From positions 1 to 50,513 of IMG/VR virus record IMGVR_UViG_3300002098_000051: a DNA stretch of 50,513 nt. One strand, written 5' to 3'. Under the pieces are notes generated by a model that ran no database searches, was not told where the DNA came from, and was given only the letters and a program-made list of their open reading frames with translations. How positions within the stretch are numbered: the first letter of the stretch is position 1; every line of letters begins with the position of its first letter. A program made the translations under genes and the position numbers. Source of the DNA: a virus. This document shows, in pieces, positions 8,487-16,359 of the stretch.

Positions 8487-9608
8487 TTAGTTTTTAGATA
8501 ATGTCATTAATGGCATAAGCAAATAAGTATCCGCACCGCCAGTTGTTTTAAATATAAACGCTTTATTATAAAACCCGTCGTTATAAAATATAGCGTTAGA
8601 CTTTAAATTACGGAATATTTTTTGAGCCATTGAACCATTAAGAGTAAACGAAAAGTTATTTACCTGGTGATTCTTTACTTCTATTACCGGCGACTTCCCG
8701 CGCTTGCCAAAACCTTCGTCTGCGGCTTTCAACTCTAACGAGTTGCCGGTTAAAGTAAACTCAATCTGGTTAGTGACGTTATTGGCAACCGTCAATAACA
8801 GACTTATAGATTGCTGGATCGCTTTAAGATCAACAGAAAAGTATCCTTGATACTCTGGAAGTATCATTCTGTAATCAGGATATTTAGCATCAACCAACCT
8901 GGAGTATATGTTTGTCTTTTCGGTCTTGAAAATAATATATGCCGAGTTTATAGAAATCTTTATCTCTCCTTTAATTTCGAAAGCAGATAATTTCTTTATA
9001 GTTTTCCCTGGCACAATAGCCTGGTGATTACATGTCGATTCAAGTTCGAATAAAAACGATCCTTCGCTAAGATACAAACTCGACATATCGCACCCTACAA
9101 CATACAACTCGCCGCCAATAATATCAAATAATACTCCGGTTATAGACGGACGAAGAGTATCTGAGGAAGTGAAATCTGCAGCTATTTTTAATTTATCAAG
9201 AAAACCGTCCATAACCTCGAATTCTATATCGTTAACGTCGTCCGGCAGTTGCGGGAAAAGATCTGGAGACTCCGATTGATATTCAAAATTACCGGCAATG
9301 GTATTTAAAAACAACTTGAAAGTCGCTTCGTCATATTCTATAGATACCGGCATTTCCGGCAACTTAGATAAAACATCATTCATGTCCTTTATAGACCAAA
9401 GGAAACAAAAGTCGCCGGAAGCGTTGGCGCAATCGGCTTTCGTTTCTATACTCGTTTCTGTGTCTGTAGATTGAAAAATAACCTCTTTACCTCTTATGGT
9501 TATTTTTGCATAATCCAGTATCGGTATAATAGAAGCGCCTCCCGAAACGGCGGAGCATTTTGCCGATAAACTCTTTAACGTGTTTACTGATATAGTTAGT
9601 TTGTGCAT
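8487..9608 (-). CDS. dnaN: DNA polymerase III beta sliding clamp homolog
   Basis: At 373 aa the length is typical of DnaN. The N-terminus has PILDYAKI...FQSTDTETSIE. The middle has RPSITGVLFD...YVVGCD and RLVDAKYPDYRMILPE. The C-terminus has YLLMPLM. Confidence 0.82.
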   Translation of the reverse strand: MHKLTISVNTLKSLSAKCSAVSGGASIIPILDYAKITIRGKEVIFQSTDTETSIETKADCANASGDFCFLWSIKDMNDVLSKLPEMPVSIEYDEATFKLFLNTIAGNFEYQSESPDLFPQLPDDVNDIEFEVMDGFLDKLKIAADFTSSDTLRPSITGVLFDIIGGELYVVGCDMSSLYLSEGSFLFELESTCNHQAIVPGKTIKKLSAFEIKGEIKISINSAYIIFKTEKTNIYSRLVDAKYPDYRMILPEYQGYFSVDLKAIQQSISLLLTVANNVTNQIEFTLTGNSLELKAADEGFGKRGKSPVIEVKNHQVNNFSFTLNGSMAQKIFRNLKSNAIFYNDGFYNKAFIFKTTGGADTYLLMPLMTLSKN

Positions 9609-9796
9609 TGTTCCATCATTTTTTTAATGTAAGCAATATTTTTTTTATGCTCCTTTTCCAGTATAGATATCATGTCCTGGCACTGATCTTTAGAAAGGTT
9701 AGAAGCAAAACCTTTAAAGAATAACCATAGACGCTGGCCTATCGGCTGACTTTTCATCAGCTTTCGCAATGCCGCGAGATTTAAGATCGTTTTCAT
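9596..9796 (-). CDS. hypothetical protein (66 aa; start revised to ATG at 9796)
   Basis: The track start at 9820 is a TTG lying inside the TACGTTTG promoter box. The first ATG (MKTILNL...) sits 21 nt after that box. Confidence 0.5.
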   Translation of the reverse strand: MKTILNLAALRKLMKSQPIGQRLWLFFKGFASNLSKDQCQDMISILEKEHKKNIAYIKKMMEQCTN

Positions 9797-9817
9797 TAAT
9801 GTTGTTGTATTGTATGG

Positions 9818-9893
9818 CAAACGTACTATTTAAAAGTCAATAAAAAAATTTTTAAAAATAATTTTTTTTATTCCGGAAAGTTTTTTACTTTTG
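9818..9893. promoter_or_regulatory. bidirectional promoter module A: TAnnTTTG box (minus), 33-bp A/T-tract element, TAnnTTTG box (plus)
   Basis: Reading left to right: minus-strand TACGTTTG (9818-9825); a 10-nt spacer; GTCAATAAAAAAATTTTTAAAAATAATTTTTTT (9836-9868); a 17-nt spacer; plus-strand TACTTTTG (9886-9893). The 33-mer recurs in inverted orientation at 41708-41740. Confidence 0.7.
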
Positions 9894-9897
9894 GTTT

Positions 9898-10062
9898 ATG
9901 ATTTTACTGGCATTTATTTCAATCTTTGGTTTTCTCGGAGCGTATGTTAATCTTCGCAGTTACGAGTCAAAGACTAAATATCCTGGCATCGTTAAATTCG
10001 CCTCCAATCTTAAAAGCGGTAAGCAAAAAAGTTTTCTTAATCAGTTAAAAATAAAAAAATGA
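9898..10062 (+). CDS. small membrane protein (54 aa), not in ORF track
   Basis: ATG lies exactly 4 nt after the TACTTTTG box. N-terminal hydrophobic helix (ILLAFISIFGFLGAYV). The stop overlaps the SSB start as ATGA (10059-10062). Confidence 0.5.
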   Translation: MILLAFISIFGFLGAYVNLRSYESKTKYPGIVKFASNLKSGKQKSFLNQLKIKK

Positions 10063-10511
10063 GCTTAGAAGTAACAGGTAAGTTATTAGTAAAGTACGAC
10101 ACGCAGCAAGTGAGCGAAAAGTTCAAGAAGCGTGAATTCGTTCTCGAATTGGCCGAAGAGATTAACGGCAACATTTACACCAACTTCGCAAAGATGCAAC
10201 TGGTGCAAAACAAATGCGACATACTGGATCGCTTCAGCGAAGGATCGCAGGTGAAGGTTAGCTTTAACATCAAAGGGAACAAATGGGAGCGCGATGGTAA
10301 AGTTAATTATATTACCAACCTCGACGCCTGGCGCGTAGAGGCTGCAGGAGCGAGCGGATCGCAAACAACGCAAAACACACACCAACCTCCCGCTCGTAAT
10401 AATAACGCGGCACCACCTCCTGCTTACGGCACATCTCCTAATATAATACAGACAGCCAACGGGCCAGTAGATTTAAACTCACCCGAAACAATCGACGACC
10501 TTCCGTTTTAA
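10059..10511 (+). CDS. ssb: single-stranded DNA-binding protein (OB-fold, DUF3127-like)
   Basis: N-terminal OB-like region (GKLL...REFVLE...QVKVSFNIKG). The Gln/Pro/Ala-rich linker and acidic tip IDDLPF are typical of SSB C-termini. Confidence 0.75.
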   Translation: MSLEVTGKLLVKYDTQQVSEKFKKREFVLELAEEINGNIYTNFAKMQLVQNKCDILDRFSEGSQVKVSFNIKGNKWERDGKVNYITNLDAWRVEAAGASGSQTTQNTHQPPARNNNAAPPPAYGTSPNIIQTANGPVDLNSPETIDDLPF

Positions 10512-10536
10512 TTACCTTTTTAATCTATAAATAAAA

Positions 10537-11973
10537 ATGAGCGAAAACACAAAGTTACAGCTATTACTTGCTCCGCAAGTACCGACTCTCGAAAGATTGA
10601 TGTCGTTAAACATGCCACAGAATGTGGATGTTAAAGCAATGGTTATGCAGGAATTAGAATACCTGAATTACGCTGCGGTATTTAAACCGGAAATACTTGA
10701 TTGTCTTCCCGAAACCATCGTAGCCGGAGTAAAGACCGCGCTAAAGAAAAACCTGACGCTCGATCCGGATGCAGGTTTACTTTATATCACCACTCGTAGT
10801 GTAAAGATTGGTGGTGCGTGGTTTAAAGCTCTCGAGGTTAAACCGACGTCTGATGGTAAAATATCGATAGGCCGTCAAACTGGACGCCTACTTGATATAC
10901 AGCGTCCGTGGGTGACTTATATGGCTGACGGCCGTGTAGATACCGCAAACGTTAAAATACAAGTACCGGCGTTTGATGAACATGCTCGCCCGTGCGCCCG
11001 TTGGGAAACAGTCACCCTCGGTTATACACAATTCGACCGCTTGCGTTATTTTTCACACAAAGATAAAAGCAGGAATAAAGAAGGTTTATCTCAAGACGAT
11101 CACGCGCGTCTTATTTGCGCGAACCATTTATACACTTCTCATTTAGGGTGGATAGACCCAGAGTTTGCTTGCGCAAAAGTTATCAATGCAGCAATGAAGC
11201 GCAAAGGGACGAACCAAAACGAAAACAGGGTTTTGAATCTTGTTAATAATGATGAGCGTTTTGTTGATCCTAAAATAGAAAACGAGATACAGAATGACGA
11301 TTGGCAAGATGCCGAAGAGTTGGTAACAACCGCACCTCCTGTTTATCAAGCAGCGCCACCCCCACCTACACCACCGCCACCGGCTGCTAATAATGCCGTG
11401 CCTCCGCCTCCTCCACCTCCTCCTGCCGCGCAACCGGAAGCAAATACTCCTGAAGCTATTATAGCTATCGCGAAACCTTTGATCCTGGCTGCAAAGACAG
11501 TTCCGGAATTGAATAAGCTATGGAAGGATAATAAAAAAGCGTGGGACGGAATCGATATCATAAAAGATATGATAAAAGAAATTCGCGAAAAGATCAAAAA
11601 TACTCCAGCCGGTAGTGATACTCCCCCTCTGCCTCCTCCACCTCCTCCTGCCGCGCCATCTCAGCCAGTAGTGGAAGCCGACTTTAACATAGATGCTCCG
11701 CCGCCGCCGCCAGCCGCCACAGGCGTTGATTATGAAATGTATGGTCTCATATTCGCTTGCAACACCGCTGACGAGATACGCCAGCTTTATACCTTGCACA
11801 AAGATCGCGTAAACAAAGATGAGGCGCTGAAGAAATTCCTTACCGACTCCGGAAAGGAACTTGCAAATAGCAGGCCGAAGTTGGCTATACCGGTACAAAT
11901 GCCAGGCGCAATAGATATATCAAAAGAAGTGGTGAGTATGCCACCAGTAGTGGTTGACGATCCTTTGATATAA
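10537..11973 (+). CDS. possible RecT-like single-strand annealing protein with a proline-rich C-terminal extension
   Basis: Sits next to SSB. The N-terminal ~230 aa resemble RecT-family layout (LPETIVAGVKTALKKNLTLDP...LYITTRS...SIGRQTGRL). The C-terminal half has three poly-Pro tracts. Confidence 0.4.
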   Translation: MSENTKLQLLLAPQVPTLERLMSLNMPQNVDVKAMVMQELEYLNYAAVFKPEILDCLPETIVAGVKTALKKNLTLDPDAGLLYITTRSVKIGGAWFKALEVKPTSDGKISIGRQTGRLLDIQRPWVTYMADGRVDTANVKIQVPAFDEHARPCARWETVTLGYTQFDRLRYFSHKDKSRNKEGLSQDDHARLICANHLYTSHLGWIDPEFACAKVINAAMKRKGTNQNENRVLNLVNNDERFVDPKIENEIQNDDWQDAEELVTTAPPVYQAAPPPPTPPPPAANNAVPPPPPPPPAAQPEANTPEAIIAIAKPLILAAKTVPELNKLWKDNKKAWDGIDIIKDMIKEIREKIKNTPAGSDTPPLPPPPPPAAPSQPVVEADFNIDAPPPPPAATGVDYEMYGLIFACNTADEIRQLYTLHKDRVNKDEALKKFLTDSGKELANSRPKLAIPVQMPGAIDISKEVVSMPPVVVDDPLI

Positions 11974-11975
11974 TT

Positions 11976-11990
11976 TGGCACGGTAATTGC
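11976..11990 (+). promoter_or_regulatory. sigma-54 (-24/-12) type promoter motif
   Basis: TTGGCACGgtaaTTGCT matches YTGGCACG-N4-TTGCW. The 36 nt at 11976-12011 are identical to 32225-32260. ATG at 12015. Confidence 0.7.
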
Positions 11991-12014
11991 TATATATCAT
12001 GAAAACGATATAAA

Positions 12015-12299
12015 ATGACAACAGAGATAATAACTTTCGATGAAAACAGCATTAAGACTGTAATTTGCATAGAAAATGTAAACACAACAGCTTGTGGATC
12101 TGCCCCAGCTTCGCATATATCTTTCGAACAAGAAATGAAAGAGAATCCAGGGATTGATTTTAAAACACCGCCACCTTTGCATGGCGGTTTCGACTGTAAC
12201 ATCGAAAGTTATTTTTCTGTTTATATAGATAATAAATTTAACGATAATTACATGGGCGTTAAAGCGTATGGTCGTTATTTTTTATGTCCGACGATTTAA
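12015..12299 (+). CDS. hypothetical protein (94 aa)
   Basis: First ORF after the promoter motif. No domain recognised. Confidence 0.55.
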   Translation: MTTEIITFDENSIKTVICIENVNTTACGSAPASHISFEQEMKENPGIDFKTPPPLHGGFDCNIESYFSVYIDNKFNDNYMGVKAYGRYFLCPTI

Positions 12300-12318
12300 A
12301 TTAAAGATCATTTTTATA

Positions 12319-12534
12319 ATGGAAAATTTTGACCAGCACGTTCCGCAAAGCACATTTATAAAGGAGATCCGGTACTCCGAAAATCACCTTACCATCTACT
12401 TTCAAAGAGATGGAGCGGTTATAGATTATGAAGCTCCTCGCGATGTTTACGACTCAATGTGCGGCGCGGAAAGTGCTGGCAAATTTTATCATAAAAACAT
12501 AAAAGGTCATTATGAATCTAAACGTATCAAATAG
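12319..12534 (+). CDS. KTSC-domain protein (71 aa; start revised to ATG at 12319)
   Basis: IKEIRYSENHLTIYFQRDGAVIDYEAPRDVYDSMCGAESAGKFYHKNIKG fits the KTSC pattern (Y..L.v.F..G..Y.Y..VP..vy..l..A.S.G.yf...I). Confidence 0.6.
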   Translation: MENFDQHVPQSTFIKEIRYSENHLTIYFQRDGAVIDYEAPRDVYDSMCGAESAGKFYHKNIKGHYESKRIK

Positions 12535-12604
12535 CCGTTATTTTTGGCTAAAACTTGCAGCGATAATATTGTTGTCTGCTATAATCCAAAACTTTTAAAA
12601 CAAA

Positions 12605-13702
12605 ATGAGCAGTACAGCATTAGTAGTATTCACCCCAACGGCGGAGCAATTAGCAGACGCAACAAAAAAAGGAGATGCGTGGAAAACCTTCGGGTATAAC
12701 ATGTCGCTCACTAACCTGGCTTTAATAGATAAAGCAGCAAAGTTGAAACCGACCCTGCCGACTAAGGTAGAAGATATAGCGGCGGCGGAAAAAACCCTGG
12801 CCGATCTTAAAACGGCATTCAAGGACATCCAAACCGAAAGGAAAGTTCCCACCGGAAAGATTGACGCCGTAACCAGCGCGTTAATGAAGCCGGAAAAACA
12901 GATAGAGCAGTATATAAAAGAGTTATCCGATGCTCTTTTGCCATTAAAGCGACTTGAAAAAGACGATTTAGATAAAAAACAAAAGCGCACCGACGAGTTG
13001 CGCCGGTTTACTGAAACGACGCAGATACAATATAATGAAGCCGTGGCGTTCGTTGAAAAAACAATCGAAAGATTAAAGTCTGAAAAATACGAGGCGGCCC
13101 TTGAAAAGATAGAGGTTAACAACATTGCAAACCACGTCCTTTGGTTGAAAGGTTTGGTTCGTGATAATGAATTTTACCAGCCAATACCTCAGGACGCCGA
13201 TCCGGAAAAACAGGAAATACTTACACGCATATTTTCAGCGTGGGATAATAAATTTTATATCGAGAAATATAAAACCGGCCTCGATACTTTGTTTGTTGAT
13301 TTTGCAACAGCTAAAGCAAACAAGACCGACGCCCTCCTTGCTTTGAGTGTTAAACAAGAGGCGGCAACAAACGATATAAACCAGGCGACGGAAATGAAAA
13401 ACGTAGTCGCCAGCATGGACGCTGTTTCTTATAGCGGCGGTGGTGGTGGATCATTTGCTCCGGCCACAAGAGCGTTAAAAGAGTTTTGGGTTGTAGATAT
13501 GCCGCACACCGAAAGTAACATGATACATATTATGCGTGCTTTTGCGGTTAATATCGTTTTAACCATGCCAACTCTCCAGGTGAAGGATTGCTTTAATATC
13601 GATATTAACAAGATGGCCCAGGCCCTGGCTAATGTCAAAAATAATACCGATCCTAACTTCCAGCCCGACAAAATAATATTTAAAAAATCAGATAAAATAT
13701 AA
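12605..13702 (+). CDS. hypothetical coiled-coil protein (365 aa)
   Basis: Long ORF in the recombination block. Predicted helical, Lys/Glu-rich. No motif recognised. Confidence 0.6.
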   Translation: MSSTALVVFTPTAEQLADATKKGDAWKTFGYNMSLTNLALIDKAAKLKPTLPTKVEDIAAAEKTLADLKTAFKDIQTERKVPTGKIDAVTSALMKPEKQIEQYIKELSDALLPLKRLEKDDLDKKQKRTDELRRFTETTQIQYNEAVAFVEKTIERLKSEKYEAALEKIEVNNIANHVLWLKGLVRDNEFYQPIPQDADPEKQEILTRIFSAWDNKFYIEKYKTGLDTLFVDFATAKANKTDALLALSVKQEAATNDINQATEMKNVVASMDAVSYSGGGGGSFAPATRALKEFWVVDMPHTESNMIHIMRAFAVNIVLTMPTLQVKDCFNIDINKMAQALANVKNNTDPNFQPDKIIFKKSDKI

Positions 13703-13998
13703 TGAAGACCGCAATATTTACAGTTCCGAACGGCGAGACTTTTACAATGCCTATGCCATTAAAGTCTCAGATTATTAACCTTATGGCTAATCCAGTTACT
13801 GGACGCCCCACGGTTTGTTACACTTATCCTGGTATAGAGTTAACTGAGCGCCAGGTAAGAAAATTCCAATGGATGCACTGGGAAGACGATATCAAAGACA
13901 AGCAATCCGATTTTGTATATATTGGCACGATAATTGCGCCGCAACCAGGAAAAGATAAAGTAATAAATATTCTTCATCTTTTTGAGAAGATAAATTAA
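13702..13998 (+). CDS. hypothetical protein (98 aa)
   Basis: The start overlaps the upstream stop (TAATG at 13700-13704). Confidence 0.55.
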   Translation: MKTAIFTVPNGETFTMPMPLKSQIINLMANPVTGRPTVCYTYPGIELTERQVRKFQWMHWEDDIKDKQSDFVYIGTIIAPQPGKDKVINILHLFEKIN

Positions 13999-14010
13999 TA
14001 TCTATATCTT

Positions 14011-14025
14011 TGGCACGGTAATTGC
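14011..14025 (+). promoter_or_regulatory. sigma-54 (-24/-12) type promoter motif
   Basis: TTGGCACGgtaaTTGCT is identical over 16 nt to the sites at 11976 and 32225. A TATCTTTG box overlaps its 5' edge. ATG at 14052. Confidence 0.7.
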
Positions 14026-14051
14026 TTTACATCAGTATAAAACAAAAAAAC

Positions 14052-14600
14052 ATGAACAACGCAGTGAAAAACTTTAGCCGTTACACCTTCCACGCAGATG
14101 GCCGTGTAACCAATACCGCAAGCGGTAAAGACATTAAGATCGACGCAAAGAGCAACGATACAAACCAATTTTACTCCCTGCTTAACGATGAGGGGAAGAA
14201 GGTTTCGGTTAAATCCTCCGTCGTAAAAGCCGAAGCCGGAAAAGCGGTTCCAGCTAAGAAGGCCACTCCAGCCAAAAAAGCTGCTCCGGCAAAGAAAGCA
14301 GCAGCTCCAAAGAAGGCCGCGCCAGCTAAGAAGGCCGCAGCTCCGAAGAAGGCAGCTAAAAAAATAGAAGACGGCGAAGGTAAAAGCCATAAGCCCACCC
14401 TCGATTACGCGAAGGCCCAGGAGATCAGAAAGAAATATTCCAAAGGGGCTAAGAAAGCAGCCCTGGCCGAAGAATACGGCGTAAGCAATGGCACGATATA
14501 TTTTGTGCTTAACTACACCAACTACCCTCTCAAGGATGGCGACACGGCTTACGTTCCAATCCCAGAAGGATGGGTTCCTCGCAGCGAAAGAGTTAAATAA
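14052..14600 (+). CDS. histone H1-like Lys/Ala/Pro-repeat DNA-binding protein with a C-terminal HTH-like segment (start revised to 14052)
   Basis: Central PAKKATPAKKAAPAKKAAAPKKAAPAKKAAAPKKAAKK repeats. C-terminal ...AALAEEYGVSNGTIYFVLNY resembles an HTH. The track start at 14022 lies inside the promoter motif. Confidence 0.55.
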   Translation: MNNAVKNFSRYTFHADGRVTNTASGKDIKIDAKSNDTNQFYSLLNDEGKKVSVKSSVVKAEAGKAVPAKKATPAKKAAPAKKAAAPKKAAPAKKAAAPKKAAKKIEDGEGKSHKPTLDYAKAQEIRKKYSKGAKKAALAEEYGVSNGTIYFVLNYTNYPLKDGDTAYVPIPEGWVPRSERVK

Positions 14601-14616
14601 TATCCATTCATTATAA

Positions 14617-14650
14617 AGGTAGATTGTTAACAGCAATCTACCTTTTTTTT
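14617..14650 (+). terminator. Rho-independent terminator
   Basis: AGGTAGATTG (14617-14626) pairs with CAATCTACCT (14634-14643) around a 7-nt loop, followed by a T8 run. Confidence 0.85.
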
Positions 14651-14661
14651 ATTTCTTTACA

Positions 14662-15294
14662 ATGGGATTGATATATTCAAATGTCGTTAAGCACGATAAT
14701 TTATCTTTTGAAGATTATCTTAGACTACCTGGCCAGGGGCACTCTTTTTACAAAAGCGCGAAGGATGGAATTGTCGAGGATTTTACGCCTACCGAAAAGA
14801 TGCAGCTCGGTAGCGTTGTCGATCTTATTTTAACAGAACCGGCGCGTGCAGATATGAACCACCGTTTATATAGCGTGGCGCTTCGGATCGCGGCAAAAAT
14901 ACAAACCGACTTCGGAACGTACTTGCGTTTCATGAAAAGCCAGGTATCTTATAACGGAACGGTAACAGACGACGTTTCTGGGCTTTCTCTTGCTATTACG
15001 GGCCGTTTAGACTACCTCTTGAGCGAGCTTGCGGTCTTAGACCTTAAAGTAACCGCTGCCGGTACGAAAAGTAACCCAGTCGGGTCGTTGCTGGCCCTTA
15101 TTGAGTTTATGGGTTACGACAACCAGCTTTACAATTACGGACGCATGGCAAAGGTGGCGAAACATTATATTTTGATCCACAGCACCGCCTTAAATGCTAC
15201 CTACCTATTTCAACGCCTCACAACGCCGGAAAGCATAGCAAAAGCCGAGGCGTGGTGGGCCGGTAAGATCGAAGAACACGGAATGATAATTTAA
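14662..15294 (+). CDS. PD-(D/E)XK (RecB/Cas4-like) nuclease
   Basis: GRLDYLL...LAVLDLKVT gives the D...(D/E)xK core, and a downstream QLYNY matches the QxxxY motif. Sits in the block with SSB and the RecT-like protein. Confidence 0.6.
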   Translation: MGLIYSNVVKHDNLSFEDYLRLPGQGHSFYKSAKDGIVEDFTPTEKMQLGSVVDLILTEPARADMNHRLYSVALRIAAKIQTDFGTYLRFMKSQVSYNGTVTDDVSGLSLAITGRLDYLLSELAVLDLKVTAAGTKSNPVGSLLALIEFMGYDNQLYNYGRMAKVAKHYILIHSTALNATYLFQRLTTPESIAKAEAWWAGKIEEHGMII

Positions 15295-15304
15295 AAACAA
15301 TTTT

Positions 15305-15742
15305 ATGAAGCTATACCGAGAAAAAAGAATTATTTACAGGGATAATGGACAGGAATATATGATTAGGTGGTATATTATTAAAAATAAACACTTTAATCTT
15401 ATGCTTCATAAGATATTACTTTCAGATCATAATTGCTGCCACGACCATCCGTGGGGTTTTATATCTTTAATTTTAAAAGGAGGTTATGTTGAAACGGTTG
15501 AAAAACCAATGTGTGAACATTGGAGTGTAGATGATTTAGATGAAAGAATAAATACTACTAAAAAAATAATTCATCCAGGACAAATAATATTTCGTAAAGC
15601 AGAACATCGGCATAAATTAGATATTTATCAAAATTGCTGGACTTTAGTTTTAAGATTTAAAGTCAAAAGAAGGTGGGGTTTTTGGATTAAAGATAGGTGG
15701 GTTCATTGGAAATTATTTAATGAAACTTCAGATTGTGGTTAA
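15305..15742 (+). CDS. hypothetical protein with an HxH...E...H motif (possible cupin-like metalloprotein)
   Basis: Has CCHDHPWGFISLILKGGYVE ... AEHRHKL. Markedly AT-rich compared with flanking genes (by eye). Confidence 0.45.
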   Translation: MKLYREKRIIYRDNGQEYMIRWYIIKNKHFNLMLHKILLSDHNCCHDHPWGFISLILKGGYVETVEKPMCEHWSVDDLDERINTTKKIIHPGQIIFRKAEHRHKLDIYQNCWTLVLRFKVKRRWGFWIKDRWVHWKLFNETSDCG

Positions 15743-16359
15743 CTTGTTAGCGCGGTATATATTTGCTGAGTATAGCGATACCGTAATTGCAACCCATTTG
15801 TGCCGCCGTTAATATGCTCGGTTATTATTGTAACAGTTGCCATGTCACAACCTTTGTCGCATATAGCCCAAAGGTTGTGCGACGTAAAGAACCAGGCAGC
15901 GGAAAGTAGATCATAGGGAGCTTCTTCTACTATATCTGGATTGTTTATTAAGTCAACCACAATTCCCTTAGTGGCCAACCAATCCTGGAACGCTTTGTAA
16001 TTATCATAGAATGTTATTTGCAACCTGCCGCGCCCGCGATATTTCCATCCGTCTCCGCTTGTCTCATCACCGTTGCCGTTCCTGTTGGCATAAATACGGT
16101 TCGCAATCCGTTCCTGTTGGCGAGCATAGTTCGCCTCGTCGTCGTTTGGGAAATGCTTAGAAAACAAATCCTGCAACGCCTGGGCCGAGTAGTTAAGGTT
16201 TTCAACCTCTTGAGTAAACTTACCGGATTCCTCCTCTGTTTGCCCCAGGAAATTAGATAGACGTTTTGGGCCGTCTATATCGGCGTTAGATAAAAAATCT
16301 GGAGTTAATGTACTTAGTATATTATCGGGAATGATACCGACCAGCTTATTTATGTCCAT
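15739..16359 (-). CDS. endolysin, glycoside hydrolase family 19 (chitinase-like lysozyme)
   Basis: Has FLGQTEEESGKF...ENLNYS...YANRNGNGDETSGDGWKYRGRGRLQITFYDNY, the classic GH19 phage lysin signature. Confidence 0.85.
   Translation of the reverse strand: MDINKLVGIIPDNILSTLTPDFLSNADIDGPKRLSNFLGQTEEESGKFTQEVENLNYSAQALQDLFSKHFPNDDEANYARQQERIANRIYANRNGNGDETSGDGWKYRGRGRLQITFYDNYKAFQDWLATKGIVVDLINNPDIVEEAPYDLLSAAWFFTSHNLWAICDKGCDMATVTIITEHINGGTNGLQLRYRYTQQIYTALTS

Noticed and set aside
11143-11981. Minus-strand ORFs rich in Gly/Arg/Trp opposite the RecT-like gene
   Set aside because: They are reverse-complement shadows of the poly-proline (CCN) tracts. They mutually overlap and have no signals.
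12545-12558. TGGCTAaaacTTGC upstream of 12605 as a tenth sigma-54-type site
   Set aside because: The GG-to-GC spacing is one nt short (N9 instead of N10), the -24 element is TGGCTA, and no TATATCA block follows. It is kept only as a weak candidate.
13995-14636. 213-aa minus-strand ORF and 75-aa ORF (14171..14398)
   Set aside because: They are antisense to the histone-like gene, which has a promoter motif, an A-rich leader and a terminator in the plus orientation. They cross that terminator.
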